A stretch of 64,000 nt of DNA from Dehalococcoidia bacterium. Its GTDB lineage: Bacteria > Chloroflexota > Dehalococcoidia > Lucifugimonadales > JAGWBF01. The notes beneath the pieces were generated by a model. The model worked only from the letters and a program-made list of their open reading frames with translations, was not told the origin of the DNA and did not search any database. Shown here in pieces: positions 50,812-60,465 of the stretch; within the stretch, counting starts at the first letter, position 1, and every line of letters begins with the position of its first letter. A program made the translations under genes and the position numbers. Location: NCBI GenBank assembly GCA_034421095.1, contig DAOUKR010000007.1:64712-128711 (forward strand). The letters are read 5' to 3'.

Positions 50812-51285
50812 TTATCCCGCCATCTCCAGGAACTTACGCCGGATTTGGTCGGCCTCCAGGGTTATTTTCAAGTAGCCCTCCTCATCGGCACTAAAGGATG
50901 ATTCCTGTTGATGGGCCTCCTCGGCCAGGCGGGTGATTAGCTCTTTCAGCCTGGGACCAGGGGTATTGTCAGCCGCCCTGCGTGTCGTTGGGTCCGCCGT
51001 CTCCCTCAAGATGCGCTCTATCTCCGTAGCGAGCATCTCCTGCTCGACGGCCTTTCTCTGCATGTCGCCGATAACGTTGAGATGTCTGCCCAGGTAGCAG
51101 CCGCCGAAGTACATGACATCGTATTCCTGCCCCTCCAGCGTGTCCGTTCCCTGTGCTTTGGGTATTAGCTCGTGTTCTACCAGATAAGCCTTGACGGCCT
51201 CATCCTCCGAGTCGGAGTGATCCTTGTTGAAGGCCAGGAATATGGAGTACATAAAGAACTCTTTGGGTTCCACCCTTATGCGCAT
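50812..51285 (-). CDS. Hypothetical protein
   Basis: 157-aa ORF with RBS-like GGGG and protein-like composition (YFGGCYLGRHL); no family recognised. Confidence 0.7.
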   Translation of the reverse strand: MRIRVEPKEFFMYSIFLAFNKDHSDSEDEAVKAYLVEHELIPKAQGTDTLEGQEYDVMYFGGCYLGRHLNVIGDMQRKAVEQEMLATEIERILRETADPTTRRAADNTPGPRLKELITRLAEEAHQQESSFSADEEGYLKITLEADQIRRKFLEMAG

Positions 51286-51312
51286 CTCTTGCCCCTAGAC
51301 ATTCATACTTAA

Positions 51313-51498
51313 CTAGGTCGCCACCACTGTTATCAAGGTTGCCAGTGCCGTTATCAAGGCAGCGACTACCGCTCCGATAATTCCGAAGCCTACCCACAGC
51401 AACTTATCCACTTTGCTCTCGAGGCGGTCTAGCCGTCCATTTGTTTGCCGCTGTCCTTCAATGAGCTCCCCGATGGTCTGTGCTGTTGTTGTCTCCAT
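51313..51498 (-). CDS. Small coiled-coil plus single transmembrane helix protein
   Basis: QTNGRLDRLESKVDK heptads followed by a hydrophobic C-terminal helix of about 25 aa. Confidence 0.6.
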   Translation of the reverse strand: METTTAQTIGELIEGQRQTNGRLDRLESKVDKLLWVGFGIIGAVVAALITALATLITVVAT

Positions 51499-51568
51499 CA
51501 CAGGTTTCTCCACATATACTAGATTCACTGTAACAAAACCGGATTAGAGTTTCAACTTTTGCCTAAAT

Positions 51569-52006
51569 TTATTCTCCTGATGTGTGATTTCGTACATGAT
51601 TCCTATTCAGAAGCTGTCTTTCAGATTTGAGAGTTGGTACCTGGCAGCCGGGTAGGCGGTAGCGGTTCCCGGCTACCCAGCGATAGGCCGCTCTGCCAGC
51701 GAGTCCCATTCCGGGAAGCCAGAAGACGGGCGCTAGAGGCAGCAGCGGTATCAACCGCAATGACAGCTTCCTGAAGGCGTAGTACCCTTCGTAAAGATTG
51801 CCCTGGCCGGTATCCAGGTAGGCTGCGCGGTCAAGGTCGTCCCAGGACAGCCCATGGGGAGGCTCCTTCAAGCTCTGGAAGGGAGTCCACGTGACCTGAC
51901 CGAAGAGGTCTAATCGGGAGAGCCATCGTACCGTTCTGGTACATAGGCCGCAGTTCCCGTCATAGTAGAGGACCCATTCCTGCACGTGCTGCGTTCTCTT
52001 TCCCAA
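51569..52006 (-). CDS. DCC1-like thiol-disulfide oxidoreductase (DUF393)
   Basis: YYDGNCGLC (DxxCxxC), AYRWVAGNRY. Confidence 0.9.
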   Translation of the reverse strand: MGKRTQHVQEWVLYYDGNCGLCTRTVRWLSRLDLFGQVTWTPFQSLKEPPHGLSWDDLDRAAYLDTGQGNLYEGYYAFRKLSLRLIPLLPLAPVFWLPGMGLAGRAAYRWVAGNRYRLPGCQVPTLKSERQLLNRNHVRNHTSGE

Positions 52007-52043
52007 GCTGCCCCCGCAGTTGCTCCGCAGTTGCTCTAAGACA

Positions 52044-52205
52044 TCCCCTCCCTCGACGGGACCCGCCTCGGCGTGCAGGAAGGATTGAGAGCCTGCCCCG
52101 TACTCGACCTGTCTGCCGACAGGCAGGTATGGGGTGAGGGTGATTCATCTGATGCCCCTCATCCCGGTCCCCCTCCTGTGGAAGAGAGGGAGCCTTGGAA
52201 ACACC
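52044..52205. repeat. Mosaic of nested REP-like palindromes
   Basis: TCCCCTCCCTCGACGGGA, then GAGCCTGCCCCGTACTCGA[CCTGTCTGCCGACAGGCAGG]TATGGGG, then GTGAGGG...CCCCTCATCCC. Confidence 0.7.
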
Positions 52206-52211
52206 ACCCGG

Positions 52212-53258
52212 CTAAAGGCCAGCTTGCTCCAGGACCCGGTCTATGTTGGAAGGGTCGGGCTTGAGCCTGCCAGCGTCTATTTCTTGCATGGCGGCGGTGA
52301 CGGCGGCGCTTGCAGGCGTGGGGACGCCGGCTTCCTGTCCTTTCCGCACCACGTAGCCGTTCATGTAGTCTATCTCAGAGCGTCGGCCCTTCTTCACGTC
52401 CTGCGCCATGGAGGAATGCCAGTTGACCCTACCCTTCCGTCCCTGCAAGCTGGCGTCAATCTCCTCAAAGACGTCGCCCTCGTTGGCTCTGGCCCAGGTA
52501 TCGGCGTCGAAGCCCCCTACAGGCTCGACGGCGTAGTTGAGGGCCTGGCCTACCAGGACCGTCTCACGGGCTAGGTGAATGCGCAGGGTGCGCGCGCCCG
52601 GGTCCTCGCTCATGTCGTTGGAACCAAGCCCGGAGATGCCGCCTACCGGGTTGCCCATAGCGTTCTGGGCCAGCTTGGCCCATCTCTCACCCCAGATGTT
52701 GGTGGTCACCTTTGCGCCGTCTATACAGCTGAGCATACTGACCAGATGCTCGACCCTCGGGGTGATTCTCCCGTTGGTCTCGCCCACCCGGAAAACGTCA
52801 TGGCCGTGGTCCCTTCCCGGCTCTCCGCCCCTGTTGACGTGTCCCGGCTCCCACAGGGCGACCTCTATGTGGGACATCACACAGGGCACCTCCCTCTCGT
52901 AGCCCACGATGGAGGCGATAAGCTCGTCGTTCATGCAGTTCTGGGAGCAGACCAGGTAGCCCGTGGGCTTCAGGTAGCGCTTGATGAAGTGGGTAGCCCA
53001 TTCGGTGTCGTAAGACTTCACGGCGACGAAAGCTATGTCAAAAGGCTCGTCAATGTTCTGGGCTTCGGTCAGGTGCAGCGCCTTCACAGGGACAGTAAAG
53101 TCTCCCTGGCTGCCGCTGGCCCGAATGCCCACACTTTTTATCTTGTCAACGTGCTCGGGCCACTGGTCAATGAAGGTTATGTCCTCGCCCTCTCTGGTGA
53201 GGAAGGCTCCGATGTAGCTTCCGGCGGCGCCGGCCCCCATGATGCCTATCCTGGTCAT
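52212..53258 (-). CDS. Ketopantoate reductase family protein
   Basis: IGIMGAGAAG, VAVKSYDT, SQNCMN, WAKLAQN, SSMAQDVKKGRRSEIDYMNG. Confidence 0.9.
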   Translation of the reverse strand: MTRIGIMGAGAAGSYIGAFLTREGEDITFIDQWPEHVDKIKSVGIRASGSQGDFTVPVKALHLTEAQNIDEPFDIAFVAVKSYDTEWATHFIKRYLKPTGYLVCSQNCMNDELIASIVGYEREVPCVMSHIEVALWEPGHVNRGGEPGRDHGHDVFRVGETNGRITPRVEHLVSMLSCIDGAKVTTNIWGERWAKLAQNAMGNPVGGISGLGSNDMSEDPGARTLRIHLARETVLVGQALNYAVEPVGGFDADTWARANEGDVFEEIDASLQGRKGRVNWHSSMAQDVKKGRRSEIDYMNGYVVRKGQEAGVPTPASAAVTAAMQEIDAGRLKPDPSNIDRVLEQAGL

Positions 53259-53283
53259 GCTATCTCCTCCAGACGTTCAGGGG

Positions 53284-53679
53284 TTATTCTTCCAAGTTCA
53301 CCACGATATTGTCCGGTGCCCGGGACAACACGGCCTCGGCGGGCTCGTCAGTCACGTTTGCTTCGATGTGGTGGAGATGTGCCGGCACGAAGATGAAGTC
53401 CCCTGGCCCGCCGTCTACATACTCTTGAAAGCCCTCACCATAGTAGACGCGCACGTGTCCGCTAAGGACGTATGCGGCGGTCTCGGCCTCCCCGTGATGA
53501 TGGGGAGGCCCTTTCGTGTTGGGAGCACAGGTGACAAGCCCCAGCCAGACCTTTTTGGCTCCCGTCGTCTGGGCGTCAACGCCAGGGCGGCGTTCCATCC
53601 CGCGAGTTTGGGCCGTGGTGCTGGCAGGCTGGGTCCCTTTTACTACCCTCACTTCTTTGCCTTCGATGGAAGTGCTCAT
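53284..53679 (-). CDS. Cupin domain protein
   Basis: PHHHGEAETAAYVLSG, GDFIFVPAHLHHIE. Confidence 0.92.
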   Translation of the reverse strand: MSTSIEGKEVRVVKGTQPASTTAQTRGMERRPGVDAQTTGAKKVWLGLVTCAPNTKGPPHHHGEAETAAYVLSGHVRVYYGEGFQEYVDGGPGDFIFVPAHLHHIEANVTDEPAEAVLSRAPDNIVVNLEE

Positions 53680-53773
53680 GTCACCTTCCCGTTCCTTCAG
53701 TGGATTTCTTTCCCTTTAGCCATCTCTATGGTTTCGCCCTCCAATGGTGCATCCAGGAAACCCCTGAAAACCC

Positions 53774-53841
53774 GTCATTCTGGCGAAAGCCAGAATCCAG
53801 AGTTGAAGTGGGGATGGAATCCGGCTCAAGGCCGGAATGAC
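53774..53841. repeat. REP-like paired palindrome
   Basis: GTCATTCTGGCGAAAGCCAGAATCCAG ... TGGAATCCGGCTCAAGGCCGGAATGAC. Confidence 0.75.
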
Positions 53842-53911
53842 CGAGAGGGGCGACCCTTGCGGGTGTCCAGGTTGCCATTCCCCATGGGGGAATTGCTAGG
53901 GTCAACACCTT

Positions 53912-54811
53912 CTAAGTCCTGATGCTCTCCAGTTTCTTCACAACGTCACGGGTGGAGACAATATGTTTGTCCAGTCCCATCTCCTTGGGCGAGAAGCCGA
54001 GGGCCAGGCCCACAAGCTGGGGCAGGTGCAGGATAGGCATGTCTATCTCGGCCCCCTTGTGCTTCTCGGCGTCGGCCTGCTTGCCGTCAAGGTCAAGGTG
54101 GCAGAGAGGACAGGGAGTGACCATGCAGTCGGCGCCGTTTTCCCGTGCCTCAAGGGTGTGGGTGCCGCACATCTCCAGAGAGCTCTCCTCGTTGGCGGTG
54201 AGGATGGGGAAGCCACAGCACTTGCCCCTGCCCGATATCTTGGTCACCTCTCCGCCCAGGGTCTCTATGGTGCTTTCCAGAACGCTCTTGCGGCTCTCGA
54301 AACCCTTGGGGACCATAAGCTCGGGGGGGCGACGCAGGTAGCAGCCGTAGAAGGGCGCGACCTTAAGCCCGGTGAGAGGACTTACGACCATCTCCTTCAG
54401 GTTGTCAAGGCCGTACTCCTCGTCCAGCACCCACAGGAAGTGCTTCACCTCGACTGTTCCCTTGTACTCCAGCCCTTCCGAGGCGAGGTAATCCCTGTTG
54501 ATGCGCTCCCGGTACTCGGGGTCGGACTTGAGGCGATGGTTAGCCTGGGTGAACACACCCTGACAGGTGCTGCAGATAGTAACCATCATCATCCCTATCT
54601 GCTCAACCTTGGCCAGAGTGCGGGCGTTAATGGGGTCTGATACCTCTTGGCTCAACACGCCCGCTCCGCTGCAACCCACGTCCCTCAACTCCAGCAGTTC
54701 GATATTAAGTTTGGCGGCCACCTTCCGCGCAGCAGGATACAATTCCGGGCACCCGCCCTTGGAAACGCAGCCGGGGTAAAACGCATACGCCATTACTTTC
54801 CCCCCTTCCAT
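53912..54811 (-). CDS. HdrB-like CCG-domain protein (SdhE-type subunit of non-classical succinate dehydrogenase/fumarate reductase)
   Basis: YPGC, CSGAG, TICSTC, FYGC, KCCG, TPCPLCH; operon with sdhA and sdhB. Confidence 0.88.
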   Translation of the reverse strand: MEGGKVMAYAFYPGCVSKGGCPELYPAARKVAAKLNIELLELRDVGCSGAGVLSQEVSDPINARTLAKVEQIGMMMVTICSTCQGVFTQANHRLKSDPEYRERINRDYLASEGLEYKGTVEVKHFLWVLDEEYGLDNLKEMVVSPLTGLKVAPFYGCYLRRPPELMVPKGFESRKSVLESTIETLGGEVTKISGRGKCCGFPILTANEESSLEMCGTHTLEARENGADCMVTPCPLCHLDLDGKQADAEKHKGAEIDMPILHLPQLVGLALGFSPKEMGLDKHIVSTRDVVKKLESIRT

Positions 54812-55758
54812 TTCTCGAATATGTCGGAAATCTGTCGTGCTCCTTCTCTCTTCGGATGGAGCAGGTAAGGCAGGGGCCTTTTCCCTTTTTTGAATGCCTT
54901 CAGGGCCAGGGGCAATTGCTTCAACTGCCTTTTGATGTTGGTGAGTCCTTCGGTCTCCACGGCCAAGCGGGCCTCGTCCAGCCAGCCGTGGGCCTTTACC
55001 GATGCGGCAAAGCTCCTGTAATGGTTCCTTACCGTGGGTATTGAGGGACTGCCGATGTTCTCCTTGATGGCCCGGTCACGCAGTTGAAAAATACGTTGAG
55101 TGGGGTCTATCCCCTTGGGGCAGTGCTCACTGGCCTCGAAACAGTGGCAGCAGTCCCACAGTCCGTGTTTGTCGCCCAGCTTGCTCAACCGCTCAGCAGT
55201 CTTGCTATCGCGTGGGTCGGCAACTGCCCGGTAGCCTTTGGTCAGGGCGGCTGGTCCCATAAATTTCTTGTCCACCACCATAGTGGTGCAGCCCTCGTCA
55301 CACAGCCAGCACATGGTACAACTCATAACCTTCCGCAAGTCCTGTATGACCTCGTTGGGCACTATATTTTCCCGTTCCCGTTGGGTATCTCCGGGAACTA
55401 TCCAGGGTTCCGTGGCTTTGTACTTGTCATAAACCATTGAGTCCATGTCGTACATCATGTCTTTCAATCTGCCTATCAGGCGGATTGGCTCGACGGTGAC
55501 CTCGCCGTCCTTGGCGACCTTGCCAACGTTTGTGGCGCAGGCTATGTTGTTGCGGCTGTTAATGCGCATGGTGCAGTCGCCACAGAAACCGGTGCGGCAG
55601 GTGCCCCTAAAGGCGAGGGTGCTGTCCTGCTCCTCCCTTATCCGCACCAGAGCATCCAGAATGGAGGCGTCTTCCTCAATGTCCAGGAGATAAGACTGAA
55701 ACTCTCCTTTGCCATCGTTGGACGGGTCATATCGGTGGACCTTAAAGGTAACCTCCAT
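54793..55758 (-). CDS. sdhB: Succinate dehydrogenase/fumarate reductase iron-sulfur subunit
   Basis: CRTGFCGDC...C [2Fe-2S], [23 protein letters not shown]; C-terminal extension. Confidence 0.9.
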   Translation of the reverse strand: MEVTFKVHRYDPSNDGKGEFQSYLLDIEEDASILDALVRIREEQDSTLAFRGTCRTGFCGDCTMRINSRNNIACATNVGKVAKDGEVTVEPIRLIGRLKDMMYDMDSMVYDKYKATEPWIVPGDTQRERENIVPNEVIQDLRKVMSCTMCWLCDEGCTTMVVDKKFMGPAALTKGYRAVADPRDSKTAERLSKLGDKHGLWDCCHCFEASEHCPKGIDPTQRIFQLRDRAIKENIGSPSIPTVRNHYRSFAASVKAHGWLDEARLAVETEGLTNIKRQLKQLPLALKAFKKGKRPLPYLLHPKREGARQISDIFEKWKGGK

Positions 55759-55760
55759 TG

Positions 55761-57431
55761 CTAAGTCCTCCTTTCCGGCTGCCACTGAGTTATTACAACA
55801 GGCTTATGGGTTAGCGTTGGTCCGTCCGGGCCGCAAGAGGCGATGGTGTGACGTAGCCAGTTGGTGTCGTCCCTGTCGGGGAAATCGGTCCGGTAGTGGG
55901 CGCCGCGGCTTTCCTGGCGTGCCAGGGCGCTGGCAACAATGACCTGGGCCACGTCCAGCATATTCCCCAATTCCAGGTAGGTTGAGAGGGATGGATTGTA
56001 GGCGCCACCTGCGCTTGGGATACCCACTCGTGCGTACCGCTCCTTCAGGTCACCGATTCTATCGGCCATCATCTGCAGTCCGTCTCCGCTCCGGTACGTG
56101 CCTACGTTTTCGTGCATGTTCAATGCCAGATCACGGCGTAGAGAGCCCACGGTGTCCTCTCCGCCGTTCCGGGTGGCTATCTCCCTTGCTCGCCTCTCTT
56201 CGTCCACCAGCAAGGACTCGGATGCCCGCGGCATCTGGGTGGCTCTGGCGTAGTTTACCGCTGCCTCCCCGGCGCGCCTGCCAAAGACCATACACTCCAA
56301 CAGGGAATTGCCTCCCAGGCGGTTGGCCCCGTGGACTCCCAAGCAGGCACATTCCCCGGCAGCATACAGTCCGGGCATAGCGGTAGCACCCCGGGCGTCT
56401 ACCTGTATTCCCCCGATTGGACGGTGCATCGCTGGCTGCACCGGCACCAGTCCCTTCCCGATGTCAATGCCTGCTAACCTACTCACCAGGAGCCGAGTCT
56501 CGGGCAAGCGGTCCTCTGTTCGGGCCGTATCCAGGTGTCGGAAGTCGAGGAAAACACATCCATCCTCACCTCTCTCGGCCAGTATTTCCGTCTCTATGGC
56601 ACGACTGCACGTGTCCCGTGCCGCCAACTCCATTGAATGGGTGTCATAAGATGCCATGAACCTGTCACCGGCATTGTTGACCAGGTAGGCTCCTTCCCCG
56701 CGGGCCGCCTCGGTAATTACCACCCCGCTACCTTTGAGAGTTGTGGGGTGATACTGGACCATCTCCATATCCATCAGAGGGACACCGGCTCTATACGCCA
56801 GCGCAACTCCGTCGGCGGTAGACGTATAGGCGGAGGTACTGGGTTGGTACATCCGCCCCATGCCGCCGGCAGCCAGGACTACCGCTTTGGCGTGCAACGG
56901 CTGAAGTTTACCGGAGGATAGCTCCTGGGCTATGACCCCCCTGCACTCTCCGTCCTCGACCAGAAGGGATGTGACGAACCACTCGTCGTAGGTCCGGACC
57001 TGCCATCTTAGTATCTGCTCGTAGAGGACCTGGAGGATGATGTGGCCCGCGGAGTCGCCCACGTAGCAAGTGCGAGGCCGAGAAGAGCCTGCGAAGGGCA
57101 TCACGTCGATGCGTCCCTCACTGTCCCGGCTGAAGATGACTCCCATGTGCTCCAGGTTAATTACATCCTGGATACCTTCCCGGCACAGAATCTCTACGGT
57201 GTCCTGGTCAGACAAATAATCGCCCGCTTTGATGGTGTCCTCGGCGTGGGACTGCCAGGAGTCACCGGCACCCAGGGCGGCGTTGATACCGCTTTGAGTA
57301 CCCGACGAATGGCTTCTCAGAGGATGCACCTTGGAGGCCAGAGCCACGTCAGCGCCGGCAGCTTTAGCAGCAATGGCGGCACGCATTCCGGCGAAGCCGC
57401 CGCCAACTACTATCAGGTCATGCTCCGGCAT
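55761..57431 (-). CDS. sdhA: Succinate dehydrogenase/fumarate reductase flavoprotein subunit
   Basis: GGGFAG, RSHS (FAD His), QYHPT, ITEAARGEG, LAARD, HGANRLGGNSL, RQESRGAH. Confidence 0.92.
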   Translation of the reverse strand: MPEHDLIVVGGGFAGMRAAIAAKAAGADVALASKVHPLRSHSSGTQSGINAALGAGDSWQSHAEDTIKAGDYLSDQDTVEILCREGIQDVINLEHMGVIFSRDSEGRIDVMPFAGSSRPRTCYVGDSAGHIILQVLYEQILRWQVRTYDEWFVTSLLVEDGECRGVIAQELSSGKLQPLHAKAVVLAAGGMGRMYQPSTSAYTSTADGVALAYRAGVPLMDMEMVQYHPTTLKGSGVVITEAARGEGAYLVNNAGDRFMASYDTHSMELAARDTCSRAIETEILAERGEDGCVFLDFRHLDTARTEDRLPETRLLVSRLAGIDIGKGLVPVQPAMHRPIGGIQVDARGATAMPGLYAAGECACLGVHGANRLGGNSLLECMVFGRRAGEAAVNYARATQMPRASESLLVDEERRAREIATRNGGEDTVGSLRRDLALNMHENVGTYRSGDGLQMMADRIGDLKERYARVGIPSAGGAYNPSLSTYLELGNMLDVAQVIVASALARQESRGAHYRTDFPDRDDTNWLRHTIASCGPDGPTLTHKPVVITQWQPERRT

Positions 57432-57622
57432 ATCAGGCTCCCCATGCGTGCTCTGTTGTGGTGTAGTTCCGTGGAGGATGGTCCCTTACCCGGCCCTCCA
57501 GCCGTACTGGGCAATTATATGATTAGCTTGAGAGACTGTCAATTTACCAACTGGAAACCTGTATCTGATATAATAATTGTTCTTCTCTTCCCGGAACAAG
57601 TCCACTCGTCGGGTTTGCTTGA

Positions 57623-58726
57623 ATGACAGACATACAACGCATCTCCACCGACCCCGTAGCCGGAGAGGAATTGCCTTCCATTACTCAGGCCGAACGGGAG
57701 CGCCTGCTCTCTGACCTCTTGAGAGGCGTTTCCAGGACGTTCTACCTGACCCTGCGAGTGCTGCCCAAAAGTCTTCGCGAGCCGGTGGGCCTGGCCTACC
57801 TGCTTGCTCGCGCCGCCGATACTATTGCCGACACACAGTTGTTGCCGCCACAGGAACGTCTGAGGCACCTCCTGGCCTTCAGAAGCTTGGTCGAAGGCCC
57901 GGCAACGATGAGAGCGCTGCAAGAGATTGGAGCGGCCCTGACGGACAAGCAGTCCAGGGCAGACGAGAGGGCGCTATTGACCGCGCTGCCTGAAGCCTTC
58001 TCGTTGCTGGAGGCGTTATCCGAGGAAGACCGTACTCGTGTAAGGTCTGTGGTCGTGACCCTCACCCAGGGCATGGAGACAGACCTGACCATCTTCCCAC
58101 CGGAGGACTCCGGCCAGCTTGTGGCGTTCAAGGACCTTGAGGAGCTTGACAGTTACACCTACTACGTGGCCGGATGCGTGGGCGAGTTCTGGACGACTAT
58201 TACGATGGCCCATACGCCCGCGCTCAGAGAATGGGATGCGGGGTACATGTCGGAGACCGGCGTCCGGTTTGGCAAGGCGCTCCAACTGACCAACGTTCTC
58301 CGCGACGTGCCGAGGGACTTGCGTATCGGACGGTGCTACCTGCCCGAGACCGAGCTTTCCCGTGTCGGCCTTACGCCGGAAGCGCTGCTAAGCCCCTCAT
58401 CGGGCTACAAGGCTCGACCTGTCCTTCTAGCAGGCATAGAGGCGGCCCTGGAGCACTACCGAGCAGCGGAGCAATACCTGCTCTCCATACCGGGGCGTTG
58501 TCTGCGCCTTAGACTGGCAGTCCTTTGGCCGCTCCTCATTGGACTCGCAACTCTTTCCAGGCTTGCGCATAATGAGGCGTGGCTTGACCCTGCCAGACCG
58601 TCAAAAGTCAGCCGTGGGTGGGTCTATCGCACGATGGCTCTCTCGCTGCCCTGCGTGTCTTCCGACCGGCTTCTGCGTGCCTGGATAACACGCCTTCGGA
58701 AGCAGGTCGAGACGGCCCTTCACTGA
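57623..58726 (+). CDS. Squalene/phytoene synthase family protein
   Basis: VSRTF, RAADTIAD, YYVAGCVGEF, GKALQLTNVLRDVPRD, GRCYLP. Confidence 0.88.
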   Translation: MTDIQRISTDPVAGEELPSITQAERERLLSDLLRGVSRTFYLTLRVLPKSLREPVGLAYLLARAADTIADTQLLPPQERLRHLLAFRSLVEGPATMRALQEIGAALTDKQSRADERALLTALPEAFSLLEALSEEDRTRVRSVVVTLTQGMETDLTIFPPEDSGQLVAFKDLEELDSYTYYVAGCVGEFWTTITMAHTPALREWDAGYMSETGVRFGKALQLTNVLRDVPRDLRIGRCYLPETELSRVGLTPEALLSPSSGYKARPVLLAGIEAALEHYRAAEQYLLSIPGRCLRLRLAVLWPLLIGLATLSRLAHNEAWLDPARPSKVSRGWVYRTMALSLPCVSSDRLLRAWITRLRKQVETALH

Positions 58727-58748
58727 ATTCCCAAGGAGGTATGGAAGT

Positions 58749-60350
58749 ATGACGGCCCAGTCAAATGATATGGTGGATGTCCTGGTTATCGGCGCCGGTG
58801 CTTCCGGCGCAGCCCTGACCTGGAGCCTCTCACAGGCTGGAATCCAGGTGTTGTGCTTGGAGCAGGGAGGGTGGCTCGACCCAAAGGCGTTTCCAGTGAC
58901 CGAACATGAATGGGAAGTCCACTGGCAGACCGATTTCAACCCCGACCCCAATTTCAGAAAGCTACCCCAGGACTATCCGGTAAATAACCTGGAGTCGGTA
59001 ATCGCTCCCTACATGTACAATGCCGTGGGTGGCAGCACCATACACTGGGGTTCCCATTTCCCACGCCTCCACCCCTCGGACTTCCGGGTGCGCACTCTGG
59101 ACGGTGTTGCCGACGATTGGCCCCTGACCTACCACGAGTTGGAGCCTTACTTCGACCTGAACGACAGGCAGATGGGAACGTCCGGGCTGAACGGCGACCC
59201 CGCCTACCCACCCAAGCCACCCAGACCCAACCCACCCCTTCCCATAGGCAGTCTGGGCGAAGTCCTGGCCAAGGGGTTTGACAAGCTGGGATGGCACTGG
59301 TGGTCTTCCGACAGCGCCGTTATTTCAAAGGAGTACGACGGCAGGACTCCAAATCTGGGGACCGGAATTAGGTCGCCATCCAGCGTGGACGTTAGCTACT
59401 GGCCCAAGGCTCTCAATAACGGGGCTGTCCTCCGTCCACACACCAGAGTCAGGGAAATCACGGTGAGCGCGGATGGCATGGCCCACAGTGCCATCTACTA
59501 CGACGCGGACGGTCGAGTCCAGGAGCAGACGGCCAGAGTGATTGTGCTCGCCTGTAACGGTATCGGGACCCCGCGCCTGCTCCTCAATTCACGGTCCCCC
59601 CTCTTTCCGGACGGGCTGGCCAACAGCAGCGGACTGGTGGGCAAGAACCTGATGTACCATCCCTCCGTCGGCGTTATCGGCGTGTTCGACGAGCGGTCCG
59701 ACGGCTACGTTGGCCCCATGAGCAGCACAATGTTGAGCCAGCATTTCTATGAGTCCGACCCGGCCCGGGGTTTTGTCCGCGGCTACGAGTTCCAGGTGCT
59801 GAGGGGCATGGGCCCGGTGGCTACAGCCAACGGCGGCTGGGCCAGACACCCCGTACCTTGGGGGCCCGAACACCATCGCCAGTTTGACGAGCTATCCGCC
59901 CACAGCATCGGCATAGTTGTCATGTCCGAAGACCTGCCCGAGGAGCACAACGACGTCACCCTGGACTCGGACCTCCTGGACAGCAATGGCATTTCGGCCC
60001 CCAGGGTGCGCTACAAGATGAGCGAGAACACCACCAGGATGCTGGCTCATGGGGTTGACCGGGCCAGGGAGGTTATGGAGGCGGCGGGAGCCAGGAAGGT
60101 CATAGGAGACGCCGGTAAAATAATTGGCGGTTGGCACCTTCTGGGCACGGCCCGGATGGGAGACGACCCCCGGACTTCAGTGGTGGACCGTTGGGGCGGA
60201 AGCCACGACGTGAAGAACCTGTTCATAATAGACGGCAGCATCTGGGTCACGGCGGGCGGTCTCAACCCCACTCCCACCATCCAGGCCCTAGCTCTGAGGA
60301 CGGCAGATTACCTGAAAGGCGAGGGGCGCTACCGGATAACGGGCAAGTAG
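58749..60350 (+). CDS. GMC family oxidoreductase
   Basis: IGAGASG, AVGGSTIHW, GIGTPRLLL, HLLGTARMG, NPTPTIQALA. Confidence 0.92.
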   Translation: MTAQSNDMVDVLVIGAGASGAALTWSLSQAGIQVLCLEQGGWLDPKAFPVTEHEWEVHWQTDFNPDPNFRKLPQDYPVNNLESVIAPYMYNAVGGSTIHWGSHFPRLHPSDFRVRTLDGVADDWPLTYHELEPYFDLNDRQMGTSGLNGDPAYPPKPPRPNPPLPIGSLGEVLAKGFDKLGWHWWSSDSAVISKEYDGRTPNLGTGIRSPSSVDVSYWPKALNNGAVLRPHTRVREITVSADGMAHSAIYYDADGRVQEQTARVIVLACNGIGTPRLLLNSRSPLFPDGLANSSGLVGKNLMYHPSVGVIGVFDERSDGYVGPMSSTMLSQHFYESDPARGFVRGYEFQVLRGMGPVATANGGWARHPVPWGPEHHRQFDELSAHSIGIVVMSEDLPEEHNDVTLDSDLLDSNGISAPRVRYKMSENTTRMLAHGVDRAREVMEAAGARKVIGDAGKIIGGWHLLGTARMGDDPRTSVVDRWGGSHDVKNLFIIDGSIWVTAGGLNPTPTIQALALRTADYLKGEGRYRITGK

Positions 60351-60465
60351 CCGCAGCCGGGCGCGGCGGGCGGCCCTTGACTCCCCCTGGGAGCGACCCT
60401 ATAATCGTTTCATCGCCGGACGGGTCACCATTGGAGACGCAGCCCGGCACGTGAAAGGAGGTGTC

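Noticed and set aside
52008-52036. Tandem repeat CCGCAGTTGCT x2
   Set aside because: Two copies only, likely local duplication next to a REP mosaic; no evidence of function
5071-53841. CRISPR array from the recurring palindromes
   Set aside because: Copies are dispersed singly in different intergenic regions, not regularly spaced with unique spacers; no cas genes
55761-57431. Flavoprotein with novel substrate (because of HRPIGG instead of HYxMGG)
   Set aside because: His/Thr-Glu/Arg/His/Arg dicarboxylate-site residues are all present, so succinate/fumarate chemistry is most likely
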